Source: Trichosphaerium sp. ATCC 40318
Lineage: Eukaryota > Protista > Tubulinea
DNA: 64,000 nucleotides
Direction of reading: 5' to 3'
NCBI GenBank assembly: GCA_038496445.1
Contig: JALMLS010000097.1
Span: 157,762 to 221,761 of the forward strand
Within the stretch, counting starts at the first letter, position 1; each line of letters begins with the position of its first letter. A model generated the notes under the pieces. The model was not told the origin of the DNA. It saw only the letters and a program-made list of their open reading frames with translations, and did not search any database. The translations under genes were made by a program, and so were the position numbers. Of this stretch, positions 25,200 to 41,988 are shown one piece after another.

Positions 25200-26713
25200 T
25201 TAGGACACTACGCGTGTGGGTGATTCTGGAGGTGAGTTAGCCTCACGAAACTTTTGTACAAGTTTCATATTGAAATAAGCTATTTTGGAATTTTTGTATG
25301 TTTTCTCCTTGATTGGTGTACCTCCTAAAATCGCCTTAAATGGATGTGCTATAAAGCCTTCAAAGTACCTGGACTGCGTGAAATGTTATCTACACGGCGT
25401 AGCGCTACACCAAGGCCAGGAGAGGATGTGGTTTTTACATTTTGTACATTTGCAGTTTTATTTTCCTTGTTGTTGTTACTGTTATCACATCTCCTTAATC
25501 CACCCGTTTTTAAGCCTATCACGGGTCAGTGACTGCAATGATTGTGGTGCACAAAGTACCTGTTTTCCTAAGCGAGAAAATAGGATTGGTTGAAGGTTTC
25601 GTTGTCTCTGAGGGTGAAAACTGTCAATCACACAAGCTTATCTTAGAAGTCGTACCTTTTTTAACTGGCACAGACGTCTTGCGCAGTTTAACAGACTAGA
25701 GGAACGAAGTTAGGTAAGATTTTCACGGAGAGGCATACCAATATCTGATTTAGCGAAACGACAGGACTAGCAGGTGCATCTTCAGTACGCGTTGGTGCTC
25801 GAGTGGTGGTTCTTTTTTTCTTGAGTTTAAAAGTACGCAGCTTGAGTAGAGAAGCTGGAGGTGGTGGTGGAGGTGGAGGCGGCGCAGCACACACAGGAGG
25901 TGGCGGCGGTGATTTTGTGACGACAGGTGCTTTACAAACCAGTGAGCCTCCTAACAAACAAATATATAAATTGAAGCTACTTACCTGATGCTGCAATTCC
26001 ACTAATGGTGTTTCTTCTTTGACGGTTTGGACTTTGCTGCCGTGGCGAGACTCTACGCTTCAACCACTTTATAGATTTTTTGTATTTTACATTTTGCTGC
26101 AACTACTATCAATAAAATGTTTTAAAACGACTTCAAAGTACCCTCTTAAGTTTTGCGAGATCCTTTTGCATCTTTTCAACGCTCTCTCGCAATTTGTCAG
26201 TGGCTTGAACGCGCGATCGGCGTGGAACGATCACATTGAGCATTGATGATACGTACATGGCTGCCTAAAAGTTGTTAGTGTCACACACGCAAAAGTATCG
26301 GTTAAAAGTGAGAAATAAGTTTGGTGCTATGTTTGTCACCAAATCATCTAAATATAAGCAGTACCGCTAAGGCTGAGGTTTGTATTGACATGTAAGCAAC
26401 TGCGCAACCTCTACACGCCATATAAAATGGCGACATGAAAAGTGAAGTGTATATGTAAGCACATTGTGCTAACGGTTTCCATATAGAACGTCTACGCTGT
26501 TTTGCTGGGTTCTACACCATCAGTCAAAATCAGAAAATGTGTAGACTGCATACAATTGTTCCCACTGCCCTTACTGCTGGTGTCCTGGTACCACTTACTG
26601 AAGAGGCTCTTGGTCTCGTGGATGTGGATGACATTTGAGTTTGCCTCGGTATTCTTGTAGATCGCGCTCTGTGAGACCTTTGCATTTGTGCTAACACCAA
26701 GAAAACGCAACAA
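25200..26713 (-). CDS. PRR11/MTFR1-like proline-rich protein (start unresolved)
   Basis: Polyproline run, WH2-like VSLNQIL..LRKT, and C-terminal LRRVDNISRSPGGTP...LVQKFREANSPPESP. Confidence 0.55.
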
Positions 26714-26813
26714 AAGTTTTGAGGACTTTTAAGCCGAATTGAAGAGGTAGTTAAGTGTAAATTCGCCCATACCCTCAAAGCATGCTATTCGTGCAGTGAC
26801 GACTTTATATAGG

Positions 26814-28854
26814 ATGAATCCCACTAATTATAAGCTTGCTGGCGCGATTGTAGAGAAGACGTATGTTGAGCAAGCTAAACAAGCGAGAAAACAGATGGAG
26901 CGCAAAGTAACGGTGCTGTTGTCGCAGGTACACGATTTGGTGTCAGGTTTTGTTAACGCTCATCACAATTTTAGCGTGCGCTGCCAATAGAAGGCTGGAG
27001 TGATTCCACCATTGAATACTTTCTAAACGAACTTTCAATGATGGACAGCAACAATTTCTTGCGTAAGTGTATGTAGTAGTTGCGTGTTCTAAGCGTACCG
27101 AAGAAAATGTCGGAGGCGGAGAGCGGGAGGGCAGAATTTACAGCACAATTGTAAGGACGCGCCATTACGGACTCAGTCACGGCATAGGCCGCAGTGGAGA
27201 TATTAAAGCTGTACAACCCAAGGCTGCTGGCTCGTCCTTGCTGTACGCTTTGACGAATATGCTAGCGTGCAATGCGCTCAAGATTGCAGGTATATAATTA
27301 TAAATCCGTGACATTTGTGACACTTGGTCTTTTTCATTTAATTTTGCGTGTGTTGACGTTATATTTCGGGTACAAGCATTGTAAGGCTGCTCTCGTATTG
27401 CCTTTATCGACTGGCATGGCTCTTGCGTTGACGTTGAGAACGTGTCGAGATACTAGACCAAGTTCAGGCCTTGTTTTGTGGATGAGAATCGATCAGAAGT
27501 CCGCCTTAAAGTGTATTCAAGCTGCAGGTTTAGAGGCAGTTGTAGTGCTTGGAAAACTAGAAGGAGATCAGGTGCGTCTAAATACATTCAGTTGTGCGCA
27601 TATAGACTGATGAGGTCTATTCAGATAGTGAGTGATATAGATGCACTAAGAGCTGCCATCACAACACATGGCGCTCAAAAAATTACTGCTGTGTTGTCTA
27701 ATTCAAGTTGCTTTGCTCCACGAGGGTGTGATGCGTATGTAATCCCTAGCTTACTGTTGTTGTTGGGATATTCACGTTACCCGGTAGATTGAGTGCAATC
27801 GGTGCAGTTTGCAAGGAGTTTGATATTCCTCACATTGTAAATAACGCCTACGGTGTACAATCTTCATGGATTATGCACCAAATAGACCAAGCTTCAAGGT
27901 ATCTTGTTTTGATTAAAACTCTGTCACACCAAACCAACGGTCTTTCCTAGGAAAACGCGAATAGATGCCATTATTCAAAGCACTGACAAAAACTTTATGG
28001 TGCCTGTGGGCGGTAGTGTTGTAAGTAGTCCAACCAAGGCCATGCCAGACGCTATTGCCAAGACTTATTCAGGTACCTTCTTTTAGCGTGTCACGTGTAT
28101 GTTGTTGCGGTATTTGACGTGTGTGCACCTTGTAGGTAGAGCCAGTGCCAGTCCTATTGTAGATTTGTTCATTACACTACTGAGTATGGGCGCCAATGGC
28201 TTTAAAAAGGTAAAAACAGTCCCTTCTTTACATTGGTTTAATGTGAAGCCACTGACACACCTTTCTTGTTTTAGTTACTAGCGGATAGAACAGCAGTGTA
28301 CAAATACTTGCAGGAAAAACTAGGCAAGCTAGCAACACAACATGGAGAGCGGCTACTCTTGACACGTGCTAATCCAATATCTATTGGCGTTACGCTTAAC
28401 ACGTGCAAGCAACCGACGTACTTGGGATCGATGCTGTTTAGACGTTGTATAACAGGCATAAGGTACTCGACCTGCATTTATCATTTTTGTGTTAACAATA
28501 TCGTCAAAACAAGGGTCGTGGTGCCAGGCACAGAGAAGCAAATAGGCAATCTTGAATTTAATAATTGGGGTGCATCTGTACGTCTAGACCAACCACTCGT
28601 CTTGTTCTTTTTGCTGAATCTATGCGCATTAGACTGGCCCAAAGGCGTACCCGCACGCCTACTTGACTGTTGCAGCTGCAATTGGCATGACATTGGCTGT
28701 GCGTAGTCTTACGATGTAACGGGAACGCTAATGCAATAAGTAGGAGGTGGACACAGTGGTTGAGCGACTAGCTAAAGCCTGGACAGATGCCAACAACAAG
28801 CCTGAACCCAAAAAGGATAAGAAACCCTCGCCCGACGTCGGTACCAAAAAATAA
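26814..28854 (+). CDS. SEPSECS: O-phosphoseryl-tRNA(Sec) selenium transferase
   Basis: [67 protein letters not shown] (PLP Lys), GRASASP and YLTVAAAIG. Confidence 0.96.
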
Positions 28855-29148
28855 CACTTCGCTGATTGCGTAAATATACGTATAGCATTTGTGAGCCCGT
28901 GTCAAACCTACTTTCTCCAGTTTGATATTCAATGATATTCATTATCCAACAAAAAGTCAAGCCTCAACTGGCTTTATGATGCTTTGATTGTTCAGTAGAA
29001 CCAATAAATAGTTGTCTATTAATTTACCATCGTTTTTGGGTGTGTGACTTAACAAGGTGGAAAAAGTTGCCAGTTTTCATTACTTGGCCACTGAGTTGAC
29101 GCGAAAAGTGTTGTTAGTAGCTAAAAATCTGCTGTTCCGGCTCGTAGC

Positions 29149-32100
29149 ATGCTTGCCAAACTTCGTGGTACTGCTGTGGTTCTGTTTTACCGTTAACACT
29201 CTGTAGGTAGGTTTCACGCGCATGGAATGCGTCAGCGGCAAACAGTACGTTGGCAATCTACAGCGAAGACATTGAACGTGTCTGCTATGCCTTCCGCCTA
29301 CGATCGAGTGCGTTAGCCCGTGAGAGTGACATTTGATTGTTTTGGTAGATGGCTGTCGAAGAAAATCGGTCTACATGGTGGCACAACAACCGCTACTTCA
29401 GGCACAAGAACAATCCAGCTGCCAAGCGCAAGTTCTCGATGATTTTTCCACCGCCAAATGTCACGGGATATTTACACGTTGGACATGCGCTTACAGCTAC
29501 ACTACAAGACGTGTTAATGAGATGGCATCAAATGAAAGGCGCAAATGTTGTGTGGGTGCCAGGGTACACAGCGTTGATGCTAGCAACTCCTTATAATTCG
29601 AATTGAGGCTTGATCACGCAGGTATTGGCACACAAGTAGTCGTTGAGAAGAAGCTAGCTCGTCAAGGTGTACGTGTCATTGCTTGGAACCACAGCTTATA
29701 TTACATCGTACAGTGTGCCAACACCTTGTTTTTTTAGAAACATAGATTGGATCTTGGCAGAGACAAATTTGTTCAAGAAGTGTGGGATTGGAAGAACCAG
29801 CATGGCGGTAAGATTATACAACAATTGGTACGTCTGTACGCGAGCTATATCGCTTCCACATACACGTATTGCTTTACTTACAGTTTGGCGTTGTAGAGGG
29901 CCACAGGCGCCACCTTGGACTGGGAAGATCTGTTGTTCACACTCGATCCCGCGCATTGTGCTGGCGTCACAGAAGCGTTTAACGTGCTGCATGAACGTGG
30001 CTTGTTGTTTCGCGACAACCGCATTGTCAACTTTTGTCCTCATCTACGTAATACATAGCAAATGATTGAGGCTGTGATTGCTCATGACAAACACGCGTTA
30101 GGCACCGTAATATCAGATATTGAAGTAGAGTACGTCGATGTCGAGAAGCCAACAAAAATGAAGGTTCCAGGATACGACAGATTAGTTGAATTTGGTGTCC
30201 TACACGTGATTGGGTGCGCTGATTAAAATTTTATGTAATTTGTTAACTTGCCACCTATAAGGTATCCTCTGGAAGATGGGACCATGTTGTCCATTGGCAC
30301 AACAAGGCCAGAAACCATTATAGCTGATACTGCAATTGCAGTGCATCCTCAAGATCCTCGCTACAAGGTACGTATATGGCACTTACAGGTACCGTGATTG
30401 ATGGCTTACACGGTGGCACAGGCTCATATTGGGAAAATGGCGATAAACCCTATAACTGGTGCCAAAATCCCGGTTATTGGAGACGAGGAACTAGTCGACA
30501 TGGAGTTTGGCACTGGGGTTGTAAAAGTGACGCCTGGCCATGATCCAAATGACTTTCAATGTGGCTTAAGGCACAAATTGCCTGTGATAAACATGTTAAA
30601 TGAGGACGCCACACTCAACGCCAACACAAATGAGTATGAGGTCCGGAAAAAGAATGTTTCGGAAATCTAAATCGCGACTGATCGCTTTTCATTAGGGCAT
30701 GTCGCGGTTTAAAGCACGTGTTGCAGTTGTCAACAAATTGCAAGAGAAAGAGTTGTACCTGGAGAAAAAGCCACACGCTATGCGTATTGCCATATGCTCG
30801 CGATCAAAGGACATTATTGAACCTGTGCGTATATACCATCCATAAGTACATTGCTGTAATCTAACCAAGCTTGTATTATAGATGATAAAACGACAATGGT
30901 AATACTAGAGAGAGATTCGCCTTCCTCACTTGTTATTTTGTTGCGGGTTAGTACTAACTTTTGGATTCAGGTTTATACGGTGTGCAGACATGGCAAAGGA
31001 CGCAGCAGAGGTGGTCAGATCAAATCAGATTCAAATTGTACCGTCTACATTCAAGGCAGAGTGGTTTAGGTGGATGGACAATATGCGGGATTGGTGTGTC
31101 AGCCGACAGTTGTGGTGGGGTCATCGCATCCCAGCGTATAAGATCGTCATGAAAGACCCATCAAAAAAGTTAGACATGCATGACGGTGAGGATCCTTGGA
31201 TTGTTGCACGCTCACATGAGGACGCCAAGGCACAAGCAATGCGTAAATATGACATGAGCGATCAGGATTTTGAGTTGAAGCAAGATCCAGATGTGTTGGA
31301 CACTTGGTACATACTATCACATTAGTTTTTGAACGCTGTTCCTATATGCCATAAACAACTCTTATTCACAAACAATGCCCTTCCAGGTTTTCGTCAGCAA
31401 TTCTCCCTTTGACATCGTTTGGGTGGCCATCAAAGGACATAAACCTAGAGCAACACTACCCTCTAGATGTGATGGAAACAGGGTTGGATATTCTCTTCTT
31501 CTGGGTGGCGCGAATGGTCATGATGTGCAGGACATTAGTTAACGTAATACCTTTCAAGCGCGTATTCTTACACGCCATGGTACTCACTTCACACATTACA
31601 CAATGAAATGACATAAACCCTTTTGGTAGATCCGTGATGCACATGGAAGGAAAATGTCTAAAAGCTTGGGCAATGTAATTGACCCCGTGCATGTCATTCA
31701 AGGTCCGTCATCCCAGCTTGCAAGCGCGAATAAAATACTATGTAGGCATATCGCTTGAAAAGCTCGAAGAGAACCTGTTGGCGAACTCGAATCTGGATGC
31801 CAAAGAGATCAAAAAGTACTAATACATTTAGTATAACTTTGAATCTTGTCAGCTAATGTTGCTTCGTTCATCAGAGCTAGAAGCGCAATGCACAAGGAAT
31901 TTCCAACAGGTATACCAGAATGTGGTGCAGATGCACTTCGATTCACTTTGGCGATGTACACGACACAAGGGCGACACATCAACATGGACATTAAGCGCGT
32001 TCTCGCTAATCGCCACTTGTGTAACAAGCTGTGGCAAGCTACACGCTTTGTAGTTACTCAAGCACAACAATTACAGGAACAAGATGCAGCTGCCTACGCT

Positions 32101-33200
32101 GACGTGGACATAGCGCCGCTCATTGCCGACTTTGAGGCTAATGCTACAACGCAGTACAGCGAAAACCGGATTTGTGAAGCAGGTTTGTTGGTGCACCACT
32201 GGATGCTTCAAAGGAAAGCACAGACTGTACAGCAAGTCAACGCTGGACTTGATAGTCTGGACTTTGCATCGAGCGCTCAGGTACCAACACAAACAAACAA
32301 GATTGTCTCTCAATCTCAACCTCCTTTTGTCGTTTTAAAATCCACGTTTAGGCCACGTATGCGTTGTTCTTGTACGACTTTTGCGACAAATACGTTGAGT
32401 TCTCGAAGTGCATACTTCACAACGATAGCACGCCAACCACAGAAAAAATTCAAGTGGCTAAACTATTGCTTCATCATCTCCAGTTGATACTCCAGCTCTT
32501 TCACCCATTTATGCCGTTTGTTACAGAATCCTTATGGTGCGCATTTAACCGTTTTGATAGCTTACATTTAATCACAAAAAAAGGGAGCACGTATCGGATG
32601 GAAGCGTCCTCGCTACTGACTATCCGCAAGCTGCTTTTGTATCCATTCCTGTCATCGCTGAGCAGATGCAAAGCGTGTTTGACCTCCTTCAAGCGCTCAG
32701 GAGGATAAAGAAGGACTACAAGGTGGCTGGGTACGTTTTGTAAAGGAGCAATCGCGTTTTCTTCTCACAAACGTTTGTATAGGGTCGTTCAGGCGCTCAT
32801 CTCGGATACTGTGCTTGCTTCACAAGTACTACCGCACTATTTGCCTATGCTAGTGCGATTGGCGCGATTAGATGTTTCTATTGTGGGTCCTGGCGAAACT
32901 GTAGATCCCGAATCGCAGTCGGAACACGCCATGCTGACTGACATTGTTAAAGATGGCATCAAGCTGATTATACCAACGCAGAAACTAGATCCTCAAGTGG
33001 AGTACAAAAGGCTGGAAAAGGACAAAGTTACCTACGAAAAGGAGCAACTCTCTTTGACAAACGCCTTGAACAACCCTAGTTTCTTGAACAAGGCGCCTAC
33101 CGCTGTTGTGACTAAGAAGAAAGACAAGCTCGCAAAACTTTCCAAAAAAATTGAAGAAACAAAAGCAGCCATGCTCTCTTTAAAGGCACACTTCAAATAG
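29149..33200 (+). CDS. Valyl-tRNA synthetase, probably mitochondrial
   Basis: [62 protein letters not shown] and C-terminal coiled-coil arm. Arg-rich presequence [24 protein letters not shown]. Confidence 0.95.
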
Positions 33201-33291
33201 CTTATTTAAACTTAGCTAGTGGGTGGGGTGTTTTACTAAATTAAACTGATTGCGTGTGTGTATACATATGAATGAGGACGTATATATATAT

Positions 33292-36200
33292 TCACGATTC
33301 AACTTTTGATCCTTGTTTTGGGCGCCACCGCCTGGCGCCTATCGGTATTGTACAAAGTAACGGCGAAAGGGGACACCAAAAATGACAAAGGGGATGACTA
33401 CAGCAAGTGTTGACGTACACCTACATTCATGAGACCTTGTTTGTTTGGATCAAGCTGCACAGCTACGCCAGCATGGCAGACCATCGCTATATTTTTTACA
33501 TCAACACGTGTAATCCAGTTGCGTAAATCTTTGACACGTGCACAAAAAGTTTCCTTTGGTTCAGGCGTAAAATTGGAGTTTGTGTTCTAATCATGTAAAT
33601 CAACGACAACTCTCCATGCACTACTATTAACGCACCGCCACACCTTGAAACCACCAGTGCTCTGGTAGAGAACCCCAATTGAGTGTATCATGTACGAACT
33701 TGGTCTGTAGTACACTTCGAGCAGTTCCCAAATCTTAGCAAGTGATTGCCGTTAGCTTGTTTGTCACTCTTGTTGGTTCGGTACCTGTGCAATGACCCAA
33801 ATGCTCTGCGGCTCTTGCATCCACCTTGAGTAGCGCATGAGATTCTGTCTATTAAAAAGTGCCACGTTCCAGGCACAACGTACCAGGATTGGAATGTTAT
33901 TCGCTTGCGCATACTGCCCAAAAATGCCCAAGCAAGTTGCTAGTGCGCGTTGAAGTGGTGATACTACTATCAATCCAATTTGTAATTTCGCAAAGTGTTG
34001 AGTGGCTCCTTGGCGCACTCTTTCCACTTGTTCCAATCCTACCATCTGATTTAACGACACTGTACACTTCAATTACGTTGGGGTACCCATAGGCGTGAGT
34101 GGCGAGTCGCGGTGCTGGACACCAACGCTAGCGTTTGCATAGGATTGTCCGTGTCGAATGACATAGACTTGTTTCTTTCCAGGGTTGTGCTTGAAGATAC
34201 TGAAGCACAAGCACGTGTACGCAGAAGGCTGCGACGATGTTAATTAACGGGGTCATTTTTGGCCATGTTTATACGCACTTCATAAAGAGTAAAAAATCTA
34301 GGGGTTTGAAGCAGTTCTTCAGCCGTCAGTGGCTGCATCTTCCACAGTTCGTCCCGCCCTGTATCGACTCAGCAAGGCGTTTTTAAGAACTCGGCCTTGG
34401 TGTAAAATACAGCCTCATGCATACCTTTGAGATGAGCGACAGCGCCACGCTTTAATAATGCCATAATGACCTCAGCTTTGCCTGTACAGACCGCATAGTG
34501 AAGTGGTGTTACACCCTGGTGATAGGACAAAGGGTTAAATGCTGAACTGGGTAACAAGTAGGATACCTCATTGTTTTGATGATTGACTGCCGCACCGTGC
34601 TATGTCACTGGTAAGATTCAAGCTAGCTTAAATATACGCATGTACCTCTAGAAGTAGTGTTACCATTTGTACCATACGGCTGCGTATGGCGTAAATGAGC
34701 GCAGTATTTCCCTTTTTGTCTCAAGTTAGAAGCAAACTAAGCATGCCGGTTTGTACCTTCTCATCCTTTTCCATGTCTGCTGCTCTCAGTTTTAAAACCG
34801 CTTTGATTTGCTATGCGAACGAGTGGGTACAATGAGCATTTATATATACTCCAAAACGTACATCAATACTGTTTCTTGAGACTAGTTCAAAAAAGCTGAA
34901 GTTGAGAGGGTGATTGGCGTACATCCCTACGAGTGTTGGTAACTTCTTCAACAGTCCAGCAAATCGGACATCCTCTGATTGACGCCTATCATCGCCGCTG
35001 GTAGGATCTGTCTTGGCGCCTACAACTGTGCATCCTGTAAATGGAGCTGTTGCATAAAACTTGGAGACCAAGAGGGACACCCTTGGCACTTGAAAATCGC
35101 TTGTAACAACAAATACGGTTGTTCGGCCCACCATCATCTTTGATAGTTTATCTCGCAACGTCAACACTTCTTCCACAGTGTTATGTGCTACTGTTTCGAG
35201 GTACAGTATATCTTCTCTGACAATATCATACGCTGCAAAGGGGGAATGAGTGAGTGCACAAGGAATTAATATTTTGAGAGTACAGTTTAACAACATAGTA
35301 ACGGCTTTGTCCGCAACGCACATGCCACCGAACCAACCGCCTTGGATTGTGTGTCAGTAAGCATAAATACTACTCTATCATTTGGTTGCCTGAAACGACG
35401 AGCTTGACCATCCCCCTGTGTGAAGCTGCTTTTTTATGAAATAGCAAGGCGGTTTTAATCACTCTAGATGTCAACAAGCCCGGATCCTTCGATGCCTTTT
35501 TTGTGCATGTGTTAACGCAAAGTACGACTCTTAAGATTGACTAACCGATCCAGCAAGGAGTGCTATGACGCACATGTCGCCTTGCCTCTTAAGTGTGGCA
35601 TCTGTTATTGGTTGCATGTATTTGACGTTCTGTGTGTGTAATGGCGTGCTTGAAAATTGAGTCATGGAAGGAAAGAATTGCAAGGCGGGTGGTTCTAGAT
35701 GACAAGGGATATTATCTCGTTTTAACATGGCAAAGAGACCATATAATTCTTTTTTTCTTGCCATAAACTCAGGTGTGTTGATTGCAAAATTCTGGTACGC
35801 CAGGGTAATGTGGTAGAACTGTTGTGGACTGTATGGCATCCCTGTTGTAAATCTACAATGTTAGAAAGAGACAAGCTAATACAATGCTACCACCTAACGA
35901 GTTCGCCAGCGTCCGCCTAAACGCTTCAAGCTTCGCGACATCATTTCTATGAGGTGACAACATCACTGATACAGAGGTTCCACCTGGCTCCAGGTGTAGG
36001 CTTTCAAATTGCATGGAAACACTGTGGATGGTAAAACAATCGATGAGCAAAGAAACAAATCTTTCTGACGTACCAGGTAGGGTGTGCGCTCTCTACTTCA
36101 AATAGATTCCTGGTTCTGAGGATAACCTGTGCCTCAACCTGCGGATAAGGGGCGTTTATCTGGGTGGGAAGTGTCAATGTCATCTTAAAATCCCTACAAA

Positions 36201-36594
36201 TAATTCTAACATTCGATTTGGTAGCGTACATCTATGTTTTTTGGCCAATTATTCGCATTGCGGACATTGCAGACTACAATCCCAAAAATGGTAACGTGTA
36301 AACTGTCAAGTGGCAAAAACGACATGTGAGAGCCCAGTGATGAGTTTTTGAGGATATGGAGTGCTTTTGCTGGCAATAGAGTTAGTCGCTACTTTATTCA
36401 TTTCTAGCGCTTTACAATTTTACCTAAAGTGGCTTTCCAAGCGCTTGGCGTATGTGAGTGATAATATAAAGGAAGGGATGGCATTAGTAGCGTCCGTACT
36501 TGTTTATGACATAAGATATCGTCGTACACCCAGGAAAGTAGTTAAAACAGCATTGCGCGTTTAATTTCCTTGTGGCTATCCAATTAATTGCCAT
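33292..36594 (-). CDS. Multidomain fusion: DUF1868-like 2H phosphoesterase + DUF218 + ankyrin repeats + histidine phosphatase
   Basis: FPGCTTI, FLPLDSLHVTIF and YHITLAY (two HxT motifs); LVVSGG, ETVAHNT and VVTSDFQVPR; GNTALIYA and GVTPLHYAV; VIRHGQS, VVSPLQRALAT and AMVCHAG. Exons join in frame; the start may extend to ~36835. Confidence 0.7.
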
Positions 36595-37180
36595 TGTGCC
36601 TTTACACCGTTCTCTGTAAAACTTGACTACACGCGTTGTGTAGGCGTCATTTTTGTAAAGTTAATTTTGATTCAACAAAGCTACAAGTCAACCTTACATA
36701 AATATTGTCAACAAGAATTCTTGGGCTAAATAAATCGACGAAATAAAGGTGGTCGTGGTCCGTCCTCGCCTTAGCCGTCCACAACAATTTACATGCGACA
36801 GGATTAAGAGAAGAGAAAAGTTTTGTAATTTTCATTAGGACACGAATTTTACGCGCGTGCTTCTATTTTGATAGCAGCTACATAAACTTCTGATAGCCGA
36901 GTTTGTTGTGTTCCACCAGTTGCGTGACATTTGGTCACTCACTTTTTGTTATGTTCATGCACCATATTTGGTCCCGAACTACAGGCTGATTAACAGAACG
37001 ACCGCAAAAATGGAATGTCATTAGTCTTTTTAGTCCATAATCCAGGGCAACTCCCATGCTTTGAGCAAAAACCAAGTGTGACTCGGACCACAGGAAGGGT
37101 GATTCGGACAAATAGAGGATAAATAAGTACGGGATTTTCCTTATCTTTTACCACTCAATTCAACTTGCAATCACCTAACA

Positions 37181-37675
37181 ATGCAACAACTCGTAATCTT
37201 TTGCGTTATCTCACTAGCCATTGGAACGCTCGCAGCAGATATTCCACAAGGCAATTACTGCTTCCTTGGTGGTGCGCTTGAAATAAAGTTTAGCAATGCC
37301 ACAACTATCGGCGTGTATACGGCAGGGGATCCCCAATGCATAGGAATAGCGGTACACGAAAAAGCAATTTGAGAAAAATGTATCACAATACTAACAGCGG
37401 TATAGGTTACGTACACACCACGTGATTCACCGTATACAATAACTATACCTAAACAACAATTGCCTGACGGATGCGAAACGGTTCCAGGTCAAAATGGTTC
37501 TTTAATGTTTGACCCACAAAGAAATGCCCTTACTGTAGGAGAATTTTATTTTAACCAATGCAACATGGCCAAAGCAATTCAACAAAAAAAACGTAACGGT
37601 TTAAGAGATTTCGTTCAAAACTTGGCGTCAATTGCACTTTGCTCAAAAGGCTATAACCAAGTCAACAGCTTGTAA
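37181..37675 (+). CDS. Small secreted Cys-containing hypothetical protein (2 exons)
   Basis: Signal peptide MQQLVIFCVISLAIGTLA; one GT-AG intron restores the frame; AATAAA follows the stop. Confidence 0.65.
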
Positions 37676-37693
37676 ATAAAATTTACACCTCAT

Positions 37694-41566
<3,873 letters not shown>

Positions 41567-41988
41567 GACCTATTGCAGTTGGCATTTGTTCATTTCCCAG
41601 TGCTAGAAGGCTTAAGCACCGAATCACTTTGACTTAGTCATTCCATCTGAGGATGTCACATTCCGCTTGGGAAGAAACTCAAGCCTTATGACAAGACTGT
41701 AAATTAAAACTGATCATTCTTCACGTTACATTCCAAGCTCGCCGGTTTCCCGACAATGTATTCATTGAAAATAGCAAGAAACCACAGAGAGGAAATTAAG
41801 AGCTTCAACTTTTTTGTACAAGGAACATGTTAATACTATTTACAAGCTGCAGCCTCGCGTCTCAGTGTCATTAAAATCATGCGGTCGCGATCAAGACAAG
41901 CGAGCGTCACCAAAATAAGTTAGCCAGCACGACGGCTCTATGAACGCAAAAAAAAAAGCGTTGATCAATTAAAACAGAGCCCAGATTA

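Noticed and set aside
34369-34371. Apparent in-frame TGA after Cys (possible selenocysteine, given SEPSECS nearby)
   Set aside because: It lies inside a canonical GT-AG intron (gtatgc...gatacag) whose removal restores the frame.
41570-41900. ncRNA or uORF upstream of PEX6
   Set aside because: No convincing helices or motifs; only short uninformative ORFs.
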